From Trypethelium eluteriae (lineage: Eukaryota): a DNA stretch of 51,126 nt. A program made the translations under genes and the position numbers. Below the pieces are notes generated by a model that had not been told where the DNA came from, ran no database searches, and saw nothing but the letters and a program-made list of their open reading frames with translations. The DNA lies in NCBI GenBank assembly GCA_051942245.1, contig JAVECL010000112.1:1-51126 (forward strand), in the 5' to 3' direction. This document shows positions 24,221 to 36,792 of this stretch, piece after piece (position 1 is the first letter of the stretch; every line of letters begins with the position of its first letter).

Positions 24221-25180
24221 TGTTATTGATGCAAGTTTGTAGGCACCCGTGGCACCTTGCGAGGGCGAATGCAACCGATGTAGTACATGCGGAGCCATGA
24301 CAAAGCAAATAAACATATTCCTACTGCAACCAATGTATGCTTAGTGTCAAAAATACACGTACGTAGCTCTTACCTGCTGGGGAGTCTTCTTTTATCTCTC
24401 CATGTAATGACACAATGTCATGAGCGAATTTCGAGAGCTCGTCAGAAATACCTTTTTCGTACGTTAATGTCTCTTTTCTTGAGGTAAGAGGTACTTAGAG
24501 TACAAATATGAGTGATAGGAAAGATGGGGAAAAAGAAACATTTTATCTACCCGCGCCGCGCTACCAGGTTCCTAAAATGGTAAAGTTTTGGTGGTATTAG
24601 TCACGCTTCCCGCTAACTTGTAATAGCTGGCCTCCTTGACCTAAAGTCCGAGATCTAGCTGAGGTCATGGAGTCAAAAAGGACAAATCAACTTTCCGGGC
24701 TCAGGAATTTTGCATCATAACCGCTTTATAGGCCAAGAAAGGCTTCCCAATGGATGTCGTGACTTGGACTTTCCTGGTCTGCCATTTCGATATTTGTCCA
24801 AAAGGCTCTGATTCTTAGCTACATGACGGTGAATTCAAACTCCAAAAAACCTGATTACCCAGAGGCTTTGCTATAGGGAGTGTTTGGCCCAAAATCGCAC
24901 GGTCGCACAATCTCCTTAGAAGCAGTCTTTGAACTCGATTGATTGGACCATCCCCAATAAATGCGCTATGGAAGTTGAAGCCTTTTACGGAGTAAAATTG
25001 GATCGGTCCCAGTAAGGACATTGATAAGAACGCCAAGTGGGACGTTTTCCGAACAAGGCAAGTGCCGTACGAAAATTGTTGATTGTCGATCATCACTCCC
25101 GAGGTATCAGTCATAATTGATGAATACTGTCGCCCAATGAGAGGCGACTTGGAACCCAGCAACGAGGAACTCCAATAAGC

Positions 25181-26805
25181 ATGCCGATTTCGAATCATGG
25201 CACAGAAGGCGAAATTACTCCTCTTCTACAATCAAGAGAGAGCGACGATATGGGGGCCTCCAAACACCACGACACCTCCCTCGTCGAACCAATACACAGT
25301 GGGGGTTCTACACAAGGGTACGGCAGTTCTTGTGACAGCTCTGAGGCAGCCTTGGAGCGGCGCTTAGTACGGAAAGTTGATTTGCGTCTCTGCACGATAG
25401 CTGGCATTCTTTGCAGTCTCAACCTACTAGACTCGGGCGTCATCTCATCGGCTTCCGTTACCTCTATGCTCTCCGATCTTCAGCTACATGGGAATCGCTA
25501 TTCCGTCGCCATCTTTATTTTCACCGTCGCCAGTATTGCGTTTCAGCTTCCGTCCACGATAGCATCCCGGGTCTTCGGACCGCGAATATGGTTTAGTTCG
25601 ACAACATTCGCTTTCGGACTGATTACCATGTGCACGGCGTTTGTGAAGAGCTGGAGAGAAATGATCGCCTTAAGAGTTCTACTTGGCATGGCAATGTCCG
25701 GAATCTACCCGGGACTGACATACCTCATTAGTACCTGGTATACTCGTTCAGAGCAGCAACTGAGGTTTGCATATCTGCAGAGCGGCGAGGTCCTTGTGCT
25801 GGCTACCGGCGGTATCGTCAACTACGGCCTCAACCATCTCAATGGGAAGGGCGGACTGACCGGCTGGAGATGGATGTTCTTGGTGCAGGGCTTGATCTCC
25901 TGCGTGCTTGGCATCGTAACGTATTGGTGGATTGTCGACTTCCCGGAAAATGCCGATCAAAGCTTCCTTTTCCTCAACAAGGACGAAGCTGAATTTGCGG
26001 TAAGACGGATCCAGAAAGATAGAGGTGACGTCCAAGCTGAGAAATTTTCTCTCGGAAAAGTGCTGGTACATTCCAAGGATGTAAAGGTATACGGCTTCTG
26101 TTGCATGTTTTTCTTATTGAACCTAGTCTCTACGTCTCTCTCCTACTTTCTTCCCATTATACTTCAAGGAGGTATGGGGTTCAGCGAAAACAAGTCCATT
26201 CTGTTATCGGCTCCGCCTTATTACTGGGCGATCATACCCGTCATTCTATCCTCATTAGTGGGAGACAGATGGCGACTCCGAGGACCCATCATTGCCTTCA
26301 ATTCAATATGTTTGATTGTTGGCTTTTGCATGCTTGGGTTTGCGAACCAAGTAACCGTTCGCTACGTCGGAACGTACCTGGCCACTGGTGCTTATGTGAG
26401 CAACTGGGCGGCCCTCAATGCTTATCAAGCGAACAATATTGTTGGTCAGTGGAAACGAGCGTTCACCGCAGCAGCAATCACAGCATGCAATGGGGCAGGC
26501 GGCATTGCGGGGAGCTTCATTGTCAGGCAAAATGAAGCTCCGAAATACCGAACGGCGGTCTGGATTTCGATAGGGTTAGATACCCAACTTTTCCGTATAG
26601 TCGTTGTTGATGATGATGCTAATCCTGGCTGTAGCTCGCACATCTTGATGCTTACTTTTGTCGCGGCTTTTACGGTTTATTTTGCTTGGGCAAACAAGCG
26701 ACAAGCGCAGGGGAAAAAGATAATAGAGAGGACGGTAAGAGCCCAAATGCTATTCGCTACTACGGGGCTAATCCAAATTAGACGGGGTTCAGGCACACCT
26801 TTTGA
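25181..26805 (+). CDS. MFS transporter, anion:cation symporter (Dal5/Tna1-like) family; exons 25181-26574, 26635-26734, 26782-26805
   Basis: ERRLVRKVDLRL, LNLLDSGVIS, YLISTWYTRSEQQLRFA, GLTGWRWMFLVQG, NNIVGQWKRA and about 12 hydrophobic segments. Introns 26575-26634 and 26735-26781 give the typical GFRHTF end. Confidence 0.93.
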
Positions 26806-27563
26806 ATGCTAGGCTTCAGTACCAGGGCACTGAGATGATACCAAAGCATTCTTTGGATTATGTTGATGAGTTTCATTGTTAGCGTAACCAAGAGCTTGAA
26901 ATGAAGGGCTTCGAGCGCGAAATATCATATGCTGCAGCCTCAATCATGACCTCTATCGCTTCGGAAGGGTTCAAAAGCCGCCAAAATCGACCATGTTGAC
27001 ATCCACAGGCACCAGACACGCTACGAAGTTGGGTTGATTGGTTAGGTGAATGTGGAACTCCTGAGGAGTCTGCCTCAAATTCATATTACCACGGGATACA
27101 GTACGATCTTGAATGGTTGTTCGTGCTGTTGTAAACAAAAGGGGCATCGACCAGGTAGGTACTGAGATCCTTCTCATTCTCTTCGAATGAAAGCTTCGCG
27201 AGGCACGTTGCGAACAGGGAATGATGGGCAGCTATCGGCAGTCGACGTAGCTGCCAGCCGATACATACTGCGTTGCAAAAGACATACGGTGGAGGAAGTG
27301 TGAGCTCAAATGAATTATCTGCCTCTCTTTGTGCATGAAAGGTAGATTAGGAGCTGGGACCTTCCAGGAGAGTAGAAAAGTCACGAAGCAATGACATATC
27401 TCTAGGGTAGTTACGAAGTCTGAAGGCATTATCGAATCCGTGCGAGAGGTTGTGCTGCCTTTCGTATCTTCTCCATCCACGTCGTAGTTGCTCCATCGAA
27501 AAGCTTGTGACGTCTCGCCCCACCACGAAATTTTGATAACCCCTCCACGCACCGTTGTGGGAA

Positions 27564-28492
27564 ATGATGCCTGCTCAACCGAGCATTCAAGTGTCTCTTC
27601 CTCCTCCATTCAATTCGCATTCAGTTCATGATCAGTCCAAGACTCCCACTTTATTGACACAGGGCGCCGAAGCGTTGGTCTTTCGCACTACATTCCTCAC
27701 GCCCTCCACACCATGTGCGCTCAAATACCGACCGTCCAAACCATATCGTCATCCCATCCTCGATAAAGGATTGACCAGACAAAGAATCCTAGCAGAGGCT
27801 CGGGTGCTTGTCAGATGCAGAAAAGAAGGTGTCAGGGTACCTGCTGTATTAGCGGCAGATTGGGAAGGTAAGAAAGAGGGCGCGCCCAGAATTCTTGGTA
27901 TAGCAGAGAGAAGCAAAAGGGCTAACACGCGGCGCACTCTGCAGCCGGATGGCTTCTACTTGAGTGGATCCCCGGCTGGACTATCAGGCGATGTCTCGAC
28001 GCCTTCCTTACTCCAGAGGACACTGAGTCTCCCTCCCACCGTAACGACGACAACCCTCGCGCCGCCGAGCTCAAAGACCTCATGCGCCGCATTGGCCTCA
28101 CAGTCGCGCACTTACATTCCATTGGCGTTATCCATGGCGATCTCACCACCAGTAATATCATGCTTCGACCCTCTGCTCCTTCGTTCACCGCCTCTACCGC
28201 TGACTCTACAACCACCGCCGCCCTCGACGCAGACCAGCAGCTACCCACCTCTCTCGCCGGCACAATCACGCTGATTGATTTCGGACTCGCGGTCCAGACG
28301 ACGCAGGACGAAGACAAAGCTGTTGATCTATACGTCCTGGAGCGGGCGTTCGCGGCCACGCACCCTGCGGCAGAGGAGCTCTTCAGGGGCGTGCTGGAGG
28401 CGTATGGAGGAGCGTACAACGGAGGAAGGCAGGCATTGAAACGTTTAGAGGATGTGAGGTTGAGAGGGAGGAAGAGGAGTATGATTGGATAA
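27564..28492 (+). CDS. BUD32: EKC/KEOPS complex atypical kinase/ATPase Bud32 (PRPK); exons 27564-27867, 27945-28492
   Basis: QGAEA, LKYRPSKPYRHPILD, EARVL, HGDLTTSN, IDFGL, EDKAVDLYVLERA, C-terminal RGRKRSMIG. Intron 27868-27944 (GTAAGA...CTAAC...CAG). Confidence 0.97.
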
Positions 28493-29212
28493 TACGCTGG
28501 GTTGAGATGCTACGAAGCTCTGATTTCACAAGAAACTCTACATAAGCCTTAATCACTAAGGGTAGGGTCGGCGTTCATGGGAGAAGAATAGGTAAGGCGA
28601 GGGCGAGGGCGAGGGCAAGTATGCTAAGTGAAGGTCTATCCTCGGATGGGGAGTTCTCAATAAATAGATGAAATGTATGAGGGGTAGAGATGGGTGAATT
28701 GGTGAAAGTATGGGCATGATGTTGGAATGCACTCGTGGTATCGATTGGTCCCATCAGAAGATGTAACAGCAGTTTGAGGTCGTAGATGCGGCCAAGCTTG
28801 CCCATTCGATGGGGCAAACTCTATGATTGTTGGGAGTTGGTGACGTGAGACTTGACCGACATTGACCTTACGCACTCCAGATGTACAGGTTGGCTCATAG
28901 AAAATGAAAGTCTCAAGAAAATCGAGCATGGTCTCAATAAGAAATGGCGGCAGGGCCATGTATGGAGCAGGTAAATTCATGTCTGCTTCGCCTCACTTAG
29001 GTCATCCTCATTAAACTTAGAGTTGTAAAACTACAATAACGCCAGAGTTGTCCACATCATGGAAGGGTATCTCACAAGGCAGTTGACGTTCAAGCCGCTC
29101 CCACCGACCATAAAACGCCATTATCCGCCTTTACCCTGGAAAGTAAAAAAAAAGTACCGTCCCCAGCAACGCAAGGAAAGACCCAGGGATAAGTGAGCAT
29201 TCATGACAACCG

Positions 29213-30663
29213 TCAAATCTCCATGCTCTCAACGGCATGCTCACTCATCGCTCTCACTGCGCTTGTCTCGCGGGAAACAACATAGTCGCTTTCATCATCG
29301 TAGTCGTCATCCGTCGCATAGCCGTCTTCAAAGTCCCAATCTTGATAATCGTCCACATCGTCATCAAGCGATGTGATTGGGGCATCATCATCGTCATCCT
29401 CCCAGCTTCTGGACACGTGCTCGGCGCGATCTCCGAGCCAAAACCTAGCTCGTTTTCTTGCACCATCACTGGCTCTGTCTTCCGATGGTGATGCCTCACG
29501 CTTATTACGAATGAGCTGTACGGGTCGCACAATTGGAGATTGACTCATGGCACTCAAGCCACGAAGATACAAGTAACACATGCGCTTGCGAGTCTTATTG
29601 AAGAAAAAATAGGCTAGGCTCCAAATGGCCGTATCTTCGCCGTCGAAGGGGTCTTCCTCAGGATCGTAACACCACACGGTGCACTCCCTCAGATTCATCT
29701 CCTCATCGATCACCTTCCACATGCGCGGACCCCACACCTGTGAGCCTCCGGCGGACACAATAGCTGTAGGTCCTGTGGAAGAGTATATGGCACGACGAGG
29801 ACGCAGATTCGCGAGAGTACTGTCAATGGTCGCAATGACGCGAGAAAGCGACTTTTCCTGCCTGAAATCTCTGTGCCGAAGGATCAGCGAGAAGTCGTAA
29901 TCAGGATGACTGGCATTCAGTGTCGCGATGACATAGGCAAAGGTGCGTCGGGAAGAAGGTTGACGGAGATCGCCAAATGGACTTGCCATAGACGCTCTCA
30001 TTGATTCTAGTACCGACTCTTTGTATGGCGGGGAGAAGGAAGCGGATAGCTGGATGAGCGAATCATGGTGCGATTCAATCTGCGATTCGATGTCCTTGTA
30101 AAGTTTCTTATCAGATCCGGTAGCTTTTATGGTATAGAGCTCGCATCCACCAGTGACATGGCAATCAGACGTTTCGAAATTAAGAGCGTTGGAGATGGTC
30201 TCAAAAGACTGTGAGGGAACGAACTGTAAGATCAAGTTAGCAAGAGCGCTACAGAAAGAAGATCGATCTCCACCGAGAGCCATGCTGTGCGAGGGAGCCA
30301 ACGAGCCGTATGGAACTTGGTGACGTCGTAAGTGACTGATACTCAGTCGCACAACAGGAGATCTCATTAGAGGTCTCCCAGGTTGAGAGGAGTAGAAAGA
30401 AGGCCACTACAAAGCTCTTCAATCGTTTCTCTCCTCTACCCCGCTTAGCCTGCGCATGCGACTCTCGGATCTCCGCCGAGAACCTCCCCCATCGTGAGGA
30501 GGTCAAAATATCGGCCAGCTCCGACGTCACCATTCCTTGTTCCAAGGCTGCATCAGGCAGTACGAGCTAGTCCAGCAGAAGTGCTGGACCTATCAAGCAT
30601 CCGCTCTGAAATCGACATGATTCGCATGGCTGGTTATCGATCTTGTTGACTGCTTACCTTCAT
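29213..30663 (-). CDS. MAF1: Repressor of RNA polymerase III transcription Maf1; exons 30663-30658 (Met-Lys) and 30223-29213
   Basis: MK|FV start; GGCELYTIKATGSDKKLYK, SPFG...SSRRTFAYVIATLNASHPDYDFS, WSLAYFFFNKTRKR and an acidic tail. Intron 30657-30224 (GTAAGC...CTAAC...CAG). Confidence 0.96.
30224..30657 (-). other. Unusually long (434 nt), highly structured first intron of MAF1
   Basis: Three nested long-range perfect inverted repeats (9, 8 and 11 bp) plus five local hairpins, read by eye; coordinates in findings. Confidence 0.7.
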
Positions 30664-32006
30664 GACTGCTGAATGTTGTGGGCCGGTATCTTTGAAAGAT
30701 TGTGGTGTCGGAGGAGGATTGTAGGATCTCGCGCTTTCAGTATCGAGGAGCTTTTGTTCGGCGCAGATAAAATCGCGATTTGCGTAGCTTCGCGCTTCAC
30801 GTCGGTAGGTTGATGGTTGTTGTACAGCTGCCAGAGCAAGGCAACGTTCGATGAACCCACTCACAGCTGGCTGCAGGAGCGGTCCTCGTACGATGCGCGA
30901 GCCAGACGCGATGCGCCTAGCAGCGAGAGGCGATTGGAATGGACAGCATGATGACGAGTCAAGAGAAGGAGATCGTTGTTGTGGTTGAAGTGAGGGTGCA
31001 GCCAGGTTGACGTCCGCGCGGAGGTCAGCGGCGTTGCCAAGGCAGCTGACGTGATTGGTCGGATGCTGCACGTCGCAGGCAAGGCAGGTGCGGCCCCATG
31101 GACCTGGAATTGTAGAGACCCGTAAGACCGCCAGACATTTCGTGGCACTCGTCAAAACTCCAATCGGTAGCGAAGACACTGCGCGTCATCGCCACATCTC
31201 GTTAGCAGCACATACCCAAGCTATTGTGTATCTTTCTTCGGCATTGTCCACTATCCATGATTTCGCCCAGACCCAATAGAGAAAAAATGCTACCAAAGAT
31301 GTTTAGGGTGTGATGATGTTGCATGCATGATCATAGCTGTGTCTTCAGATAGGAGTTAGACTGCACCTCTGGTGCGATGCCAGCAATGCAAGCCAACATA
31401 GCGAGGGAAGTCTTTAAACTGTCATGTAAGCACGTGTGAGATCGTCCGCAGTGCACCGCGAACTCTGCGCATATGTAAATACCGTCATATAGCCCTAGAA
31501 CGCGGAGATTTCACAATGTCAACGGGGCTCATTTGTTTGGGAAGTCAGTTTTCGAATGAGCTTTCATTGAGTGATGTGTCTGAACCATCACGGGCATCCT
31601 AGAGAGAACGCGCCGCCTATTGGGTATCCATTGTCCCGAAAACTCCTTGAATTCCTTGTGTCTTGCTGTTCGTCCTATCCCGGGCGTCGTGAAAGAGACC
31701 CAGGGTGCTCTAATGCATGTGGCTAGAGAACACCGGCATTACTCAGCTTTTGATGGATTTCATCTTCAACCTGTGTTGGGAAAAAGACTCTAAGTTAGCT
31801 CTAATCGAAGCGAGTCATTTACTCCAAATGGTGAGGTTAGGCCAGACCATGCTTTCGCATCTGTTCTGTAATGATCTCTTCTTCCTATCATGGGTGCAAG
31901 GCCTCTGCGTTAGCAATGGTCCGAGAGACATGCGAACAACTGCTTCGATGCAAAATACCCAGCGACCCGGAAGGAGTGCAAAAGGCTCAGAGGATAAGGT
32001 CAACCA

Positions 32007-32782
32007 CTACATGATTTTGGTTACGCCTTCGTCCTCGACCTAGTGGTGATGATTGATGAATCAGCAAGGACTGCATCAAGATACAAGAGGAAGTCTGATC
32101 CTCCTATCACCGTGAGAGGGGAAACAGCTACAGGTATCGCAGCCTACTGGATCGGAGCGGGAAGAGAAGAACTTCAATCTTACCTCCATATCTTCTAAAC
32201 TGTCCTGCTGGCCAATGACCCTCAACACGTTCTTCTTGCTTGATTCTTGCATCTCGCCCGCAAGTAGCAGCTCGTCGAGTATGAAGTATGCCTTTTGAAA
32301 ATTGAAGATGATATCCAGCTCGCACACGTTGCCATAGTATTTGTCCATTTGTTCAACGTAGCGGTGGACAATTTCGAGAGTGATGAGCTCGTTGTCGGTA
32401 GAGTCACAGCCCGCAATGAAGAAGAGGGAGGCGTAGCGTCTGTATACAATCTTGGTGTCTGCAGTGCTTGTATTAGTGCAATTTGTAGCGCTGTAGAACC
32501 GTGTTCAAAGCCTGACCTTTGTATTCGAGGAAGTTGCACATCCGAGTTCGACGGGCCAGAACTAACTGAGACACATCCTTGATGATCTTGGCTTTATCTT
32601 TTGGTGATAATGTAGTGAACCATTTAGCTAGCCGCTGCATTGTCTGTGAGCGCTTGATGAAGAGTATTGACGACAGCTTTAACTTACCACTTTTCCTTGA
32701 CGCGAAAGAAGGATGAGATACCTGAAATTGTCAGCCTGATTAGACCATCTATATGAAGATATCCAGCTCACTTGATTGCCAT
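32007..32782 (-). CDS. APS1: AP-1 adaptor complex sigma subunit; exons 32782-32772, 32721-32688, 32634-32517, 32458-32184, 32039-32007
   Basis: Spliced product [21 protein letters not shown]...[25 protein letters not shown]...[23 protein letters not shown]...[10 protein letters not shown]. Four canonical introns. Confidence 0.96.
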
Positions 32783-33014
32783 CGTCTCGGGAGAAAGGCT
32801 GAACTGGGATAACAAGTCGTAGAAGGACTTTGTCAACAGGCGGTGTTGAGTTCCAGTTCAGTGAATTTTATGCAGAAGGTGGGACGGCGGACGGCGGCGG
32901 CGTGGCAAGGTCCGCTTTAACCCCACGCACCTATTGCAATCAGCAGCAATGAATGACCATAACCTCAACGAGAGGGAAAACGCGTAGTCCTTGATTAGAA
33001 CACTATTCGTCACT

Positions 33015-34015
33015 ATGAAGCTCGTTCTCTCTACGTCGTAGGTATCTCTAGTAGGCGCTCAAGTTCAGGATACTGACGAGTCATTTCAAGCAATATCATG
33101 GGCGGAGGCCCTTCAGTAATTCGCCGCGCCGCCTTTGAGAAATCGAATACCGAGCTTACAACGGCCCTTCGTGGAAACATCGTTGAGTCACAACAGGGTG
33201 TATCGATTGAGAATACCGACGGCACCGACAATCGTACCCACGAATCTCCTCCACCTTTTGAGGCCTGGACTTCCTTAGAAGATTCTAACCTCTTCATTCC
33301 AGCCGTCGACTTCACACATTCGGGTCTTGCTGAGGATAGACCACAATACGACATAACCGTCAAGCTATTCTACCTTCCAGACGTACCAACTGAACAAAGA
33401 GGAGCGCACACAAGAGAAGCAATTGACCTGGTCCTGAAGGAGCTTCATGTTCCATCGATCGACCTTCTGATAGTCTCATTTCCTGGCGTAGCATTTGATG
33501 CTGACGATGAAGAGGAAGATGAAGCATCGGACGATGTAGCATCCGGGAGGTCAAGCTCGGAAAACGGAGAAATTGATGACATTGACGTTATGCTGGAAAC
33601 ATGGCGCGCTCTCGAGAAGCTCCACAAGGAAGGAATCATTGCTAGGCTAGGCTTATCAGAATTTGGAACACAGCGGTTGATGAAATTTCTCCCAAAAACC
33701 TCGATCCGACCCTCAGTGGACCAGATCAATGTGCGGGACTGTTGTGTTGTACCGAAACCCTTGATCTTGTACGCGAAGCAAGAAGAAATCGAGCTGCTGA
33801 CGCACAACGACTGTACGAACATACTACCGCGAGGTACTTTGCGTGAGCTTCTAGGTCCCGGTCATAGCGGTGCTGGTATATTGGCGGACCATGAAAGAGA
33901 AAAAGGCCTACATGGTGAGGTTGAGCCTCAATGGGTCGTTAAGTACACCGCTGTGGTCAAAAACCGAGGTGTTGTCGAGAATAAAGGCTATTTTGCAGTT
34001 GCGAAGCTTGTGTGA
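33015..34015 (+). CDS. Glutamate-cysteine ligase modifier (regulatory) subunit, aldo-keto reductase fold; exons 33015-33037, 33091-34015
   Basis: MKLVLSTSNIM, YDITVKLF, IDLLIVSFP, LGLSEFG, RPSVDQINVRDCCVVP, LLTHNDC, WVVKYTAVVKNRGVVENKGY. Intron 33038-33090. Confidence 0.92.
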
Positions 34016-35146
34016 TTTGTCCCATTTCAGTCAGCGCACTGAAAGGCATATTCGAGCCCAACCAACCACTGTCTGGCAAGGCAGTGCTTTCGCCATTGCT
34101 AGGAAATTTAGAGCTTTCGCAGCAACGAATTCTCGGTCAAATATGATCGATACTCGACTCAACACTCGGTAAAGTCAAAATCAGAGGATCTATCAGTCTC
34201 GGCATAGCAACAAGTCCGGTACAACCCAAGACGAGAGAACATCACGGGCTCAGATCAATGCCGCCATACCCAGCAGCCGTTCTGCATATACCCAAAGTGC
34301 AACTGCTATCTTCCAGGGAGAAGGAGGCCAGACTCATCATGACTCGCTGGGCTCTGACATTGTGAAGCTTCTATTGCTTCTTGTGCAATATCTCCCACCT
34401 GATCACGGCGTATGATGGTTTTTCAATGCAGGCTTAGTATTGTCTTTACTTCTGGTCTACCCTCTCGGCTTGATGAATTGCTACAGGAGGACGCAAACGA
34501 ACTCGATGAGTATTGCGATGCAAACACAACCCATTCATTGAGGGAGACACGGTTCGTCCATCAAGGCTATAGGGTACATGCGAAGTAATAGTAGGACTAA
34601 ACGTGCATTGGAAAGCCATGATCGAGTTTATTCGATCCAAACTGGGGTAGTTTTCGCTTCAGCAATCCATTGTGGGACTGACTCTACCAGAGTACTCGCA
34701 CAAGATCATAAATTTTTCTACCAGTTCGAAGGATTTCCGTCCCTCCATTTTCACCTCCCCCTTTCACTCCTTGAAATGATTTGACCAAATAGCACTATGG
34801 AGTCCAAGAGACTTTGCAGGCCGACCTCCAGATTGGATAATATCTACTTCAGCCCACGGTTCCACTAGATGAGTCTGGAGAAAAGTGGGATGGGAGGATA
34901 TTCATTGATTTTGAACGTCAAGACACAGTTCCTAGCTCGTACTATGTGAGAAGTAACACTTCATTAGCAACCGAAATTGTCCTTTTTATGACCTTTTGAA
35001 GTCCTCCTGAGGTTTAATAGAGTACGTGATTAGGCTCGAGAATTGGATAGCCGCTGAAGGCCGTTTACGAAAACGGTCGCTACGTGAGTCGGACAGCTCG
35101 ATTATGATATAGTATCTATATTATTTAGATTTAAATAACCTTTCTA

Positions 35147-36792
35147 TTAGCAGCTAAAGGCCGGAGGTACACTCCCGCTGTTGTAAGCATCCACGATGCC
35201 CTTAATGCTCGCATATAGGCCTGCAACACAGATGAAAGCACCAGCCAGAAATGTCAGCGCTGACAATGTTGCCTGTGGCCACTTCCTTGCCCAAGTACGC
35301 CACCCGTCGCCGTCATGATATGCATCATGCAACCAGAATGCACCTGCAACCCCATACGTATACCAGGCGGCAAAGAGAGAAGCCGTCAATCCAACCAGGT
35401 AGTTGAAGATCGGCACTCCCACTGCCAGTACGAAAGCAGCTCCATTCGCAAGGATCACGAGTACGATCCATACGGACCATCCCATAAGCGTGTGCGAGTG
35501 CAGATGTTTACTCTTCCTAAAGATCCTCACAAAGACCAGCTTGCTCGCCGTGTGAGAATACAGCGCGCCGGCAATTAAGAAATTCGGAATCGCAATTCCG
35601 TACGCTGCCTTCATCCACTTGGGGCTTAAGCTGCTGAGTGCTGGCGACGCCACGCCGGGACCCAGATACACGTACATGACTATGGCGAAGACGATATAGA
35701 ACGTCGTGGCAAATCCTTGCAGCATATACGCCGCCTTCATCGCGTCCTGAGGCCGTTTCATTTCCGATATCAGTACAAAGAACATGAAATGTCCTGCATA
35801 AGCAAAGACTGGATTGGTAATACTGCTAAAGGCCTCGTAAAAGCTGCTCGAAAGCGCAGCGTCGATGTGACGCTGTGGGGACGGATCTACACCTGCGCCA
35901 ATCATGCCCACTACGCCTGACATCAGCATCGAGATGGCGGCCAACAGCCCGAGCCATGAGAGGTTATCGAGGGTGCGGGCAAAGCTGCCGATTAAGACGG
36001 GGATGGTGAAGATGCCGGTGTAGAGCATGAGACAGAGTTTGGAGTCGCTGAGGGCGGCAAGGGCGATCTGACCTGAAAGGAGGAGGCTGCCTGTGCCAAA
36101 GATTGCGAAGGTAACGGTGCCAAAGGCAAGGATCTCACGGCCGATAGGGCCGAAGAGGATGTAGCCTGCATCCCCCTACATAGAAGTTAGAAGAGTTGGC
36201 AGGCTTGGCGTAGGATGGGATGGAAGGGAAATAAGATGAAAGAATGCTAGATGAATATGCAAGATCGAGGGGATGGTCTTATAGTCAGAGACCTCTGATG
36301 TCCAGATGATTGAGCAATAGAAGTCATGCTGCCTTTTCAACAAATGCGGAACCTCATAGCAATATTTAAAGGATTGGCATGATCGAGAGCAATCATACCA
36401 TATTGTGGACATCTGGGTGTCGGAGCTTGAATTGGACGAGGAGGTAAGAGGTATATGTTGCGAAGATGCCGAGGAAGGCGATCAGAATGACACCAGGGAT
36501 AATGCCTACGACGGCGAGGGATGAAGGCAAGGAAAGCATGCCATTGCTGACGATCTCAGCAATCATCAAGCACGCTACGAATTGCCATGATAGCGTTTTG
36601 TATTTGATCTGTGCTCCACCGAATCAGTACAGGCCATTTAGGCTCAGTCAAGGGAGTGTAACCAACATCATGTCCTTCCTCATGGCCAAAGACATCAACA
36701 TCGTGATATCTTGCAATCTCAGATCGGGTGCCCAGTGGGGTTGGTGGTTCAATTCCAGTCTCTTCAAATAGGCCCTCCTTGACGTTTGCCAT
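35147..36792 (-). CDS. Amino acid/auxin permease (Aa_trans, Mtr-like) transporter; exons 36792-36667, 36608-36399, 36175-35147
   Basis: DVFGHEEGHDIKYKTLSW, MIAEIVSNGMLSLPS, FKLRHPDVHNMGDAG, NPVFAYAGHFMFFVLISEMKRPQD. Introns 36666-36609 and 36398-36176 are canonical. Confidence 0.94.

Noticed and set aside
26971..27609. Minus-strand ORFs upstream of BUD32 (PFMHKE motif)
   Set aside because: Only a faint resemblance to fungal transcription factor domains, overlapping the BUD32 promoter; unsupported.
32040..32183. APS1 last intron (144 nt) with internal CAG|TAGGC as a possible stwintron
   Set aside because: The internal intron would be only about 37 nt with no good branch site, and direct splicing already gives a sensible C-terminus.
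36176..36398. 223-nt permease intron as a snoRNA host
   Set aside because: No well-placed C (RUGAUGA)/D box pair or terminal stem found by eye.
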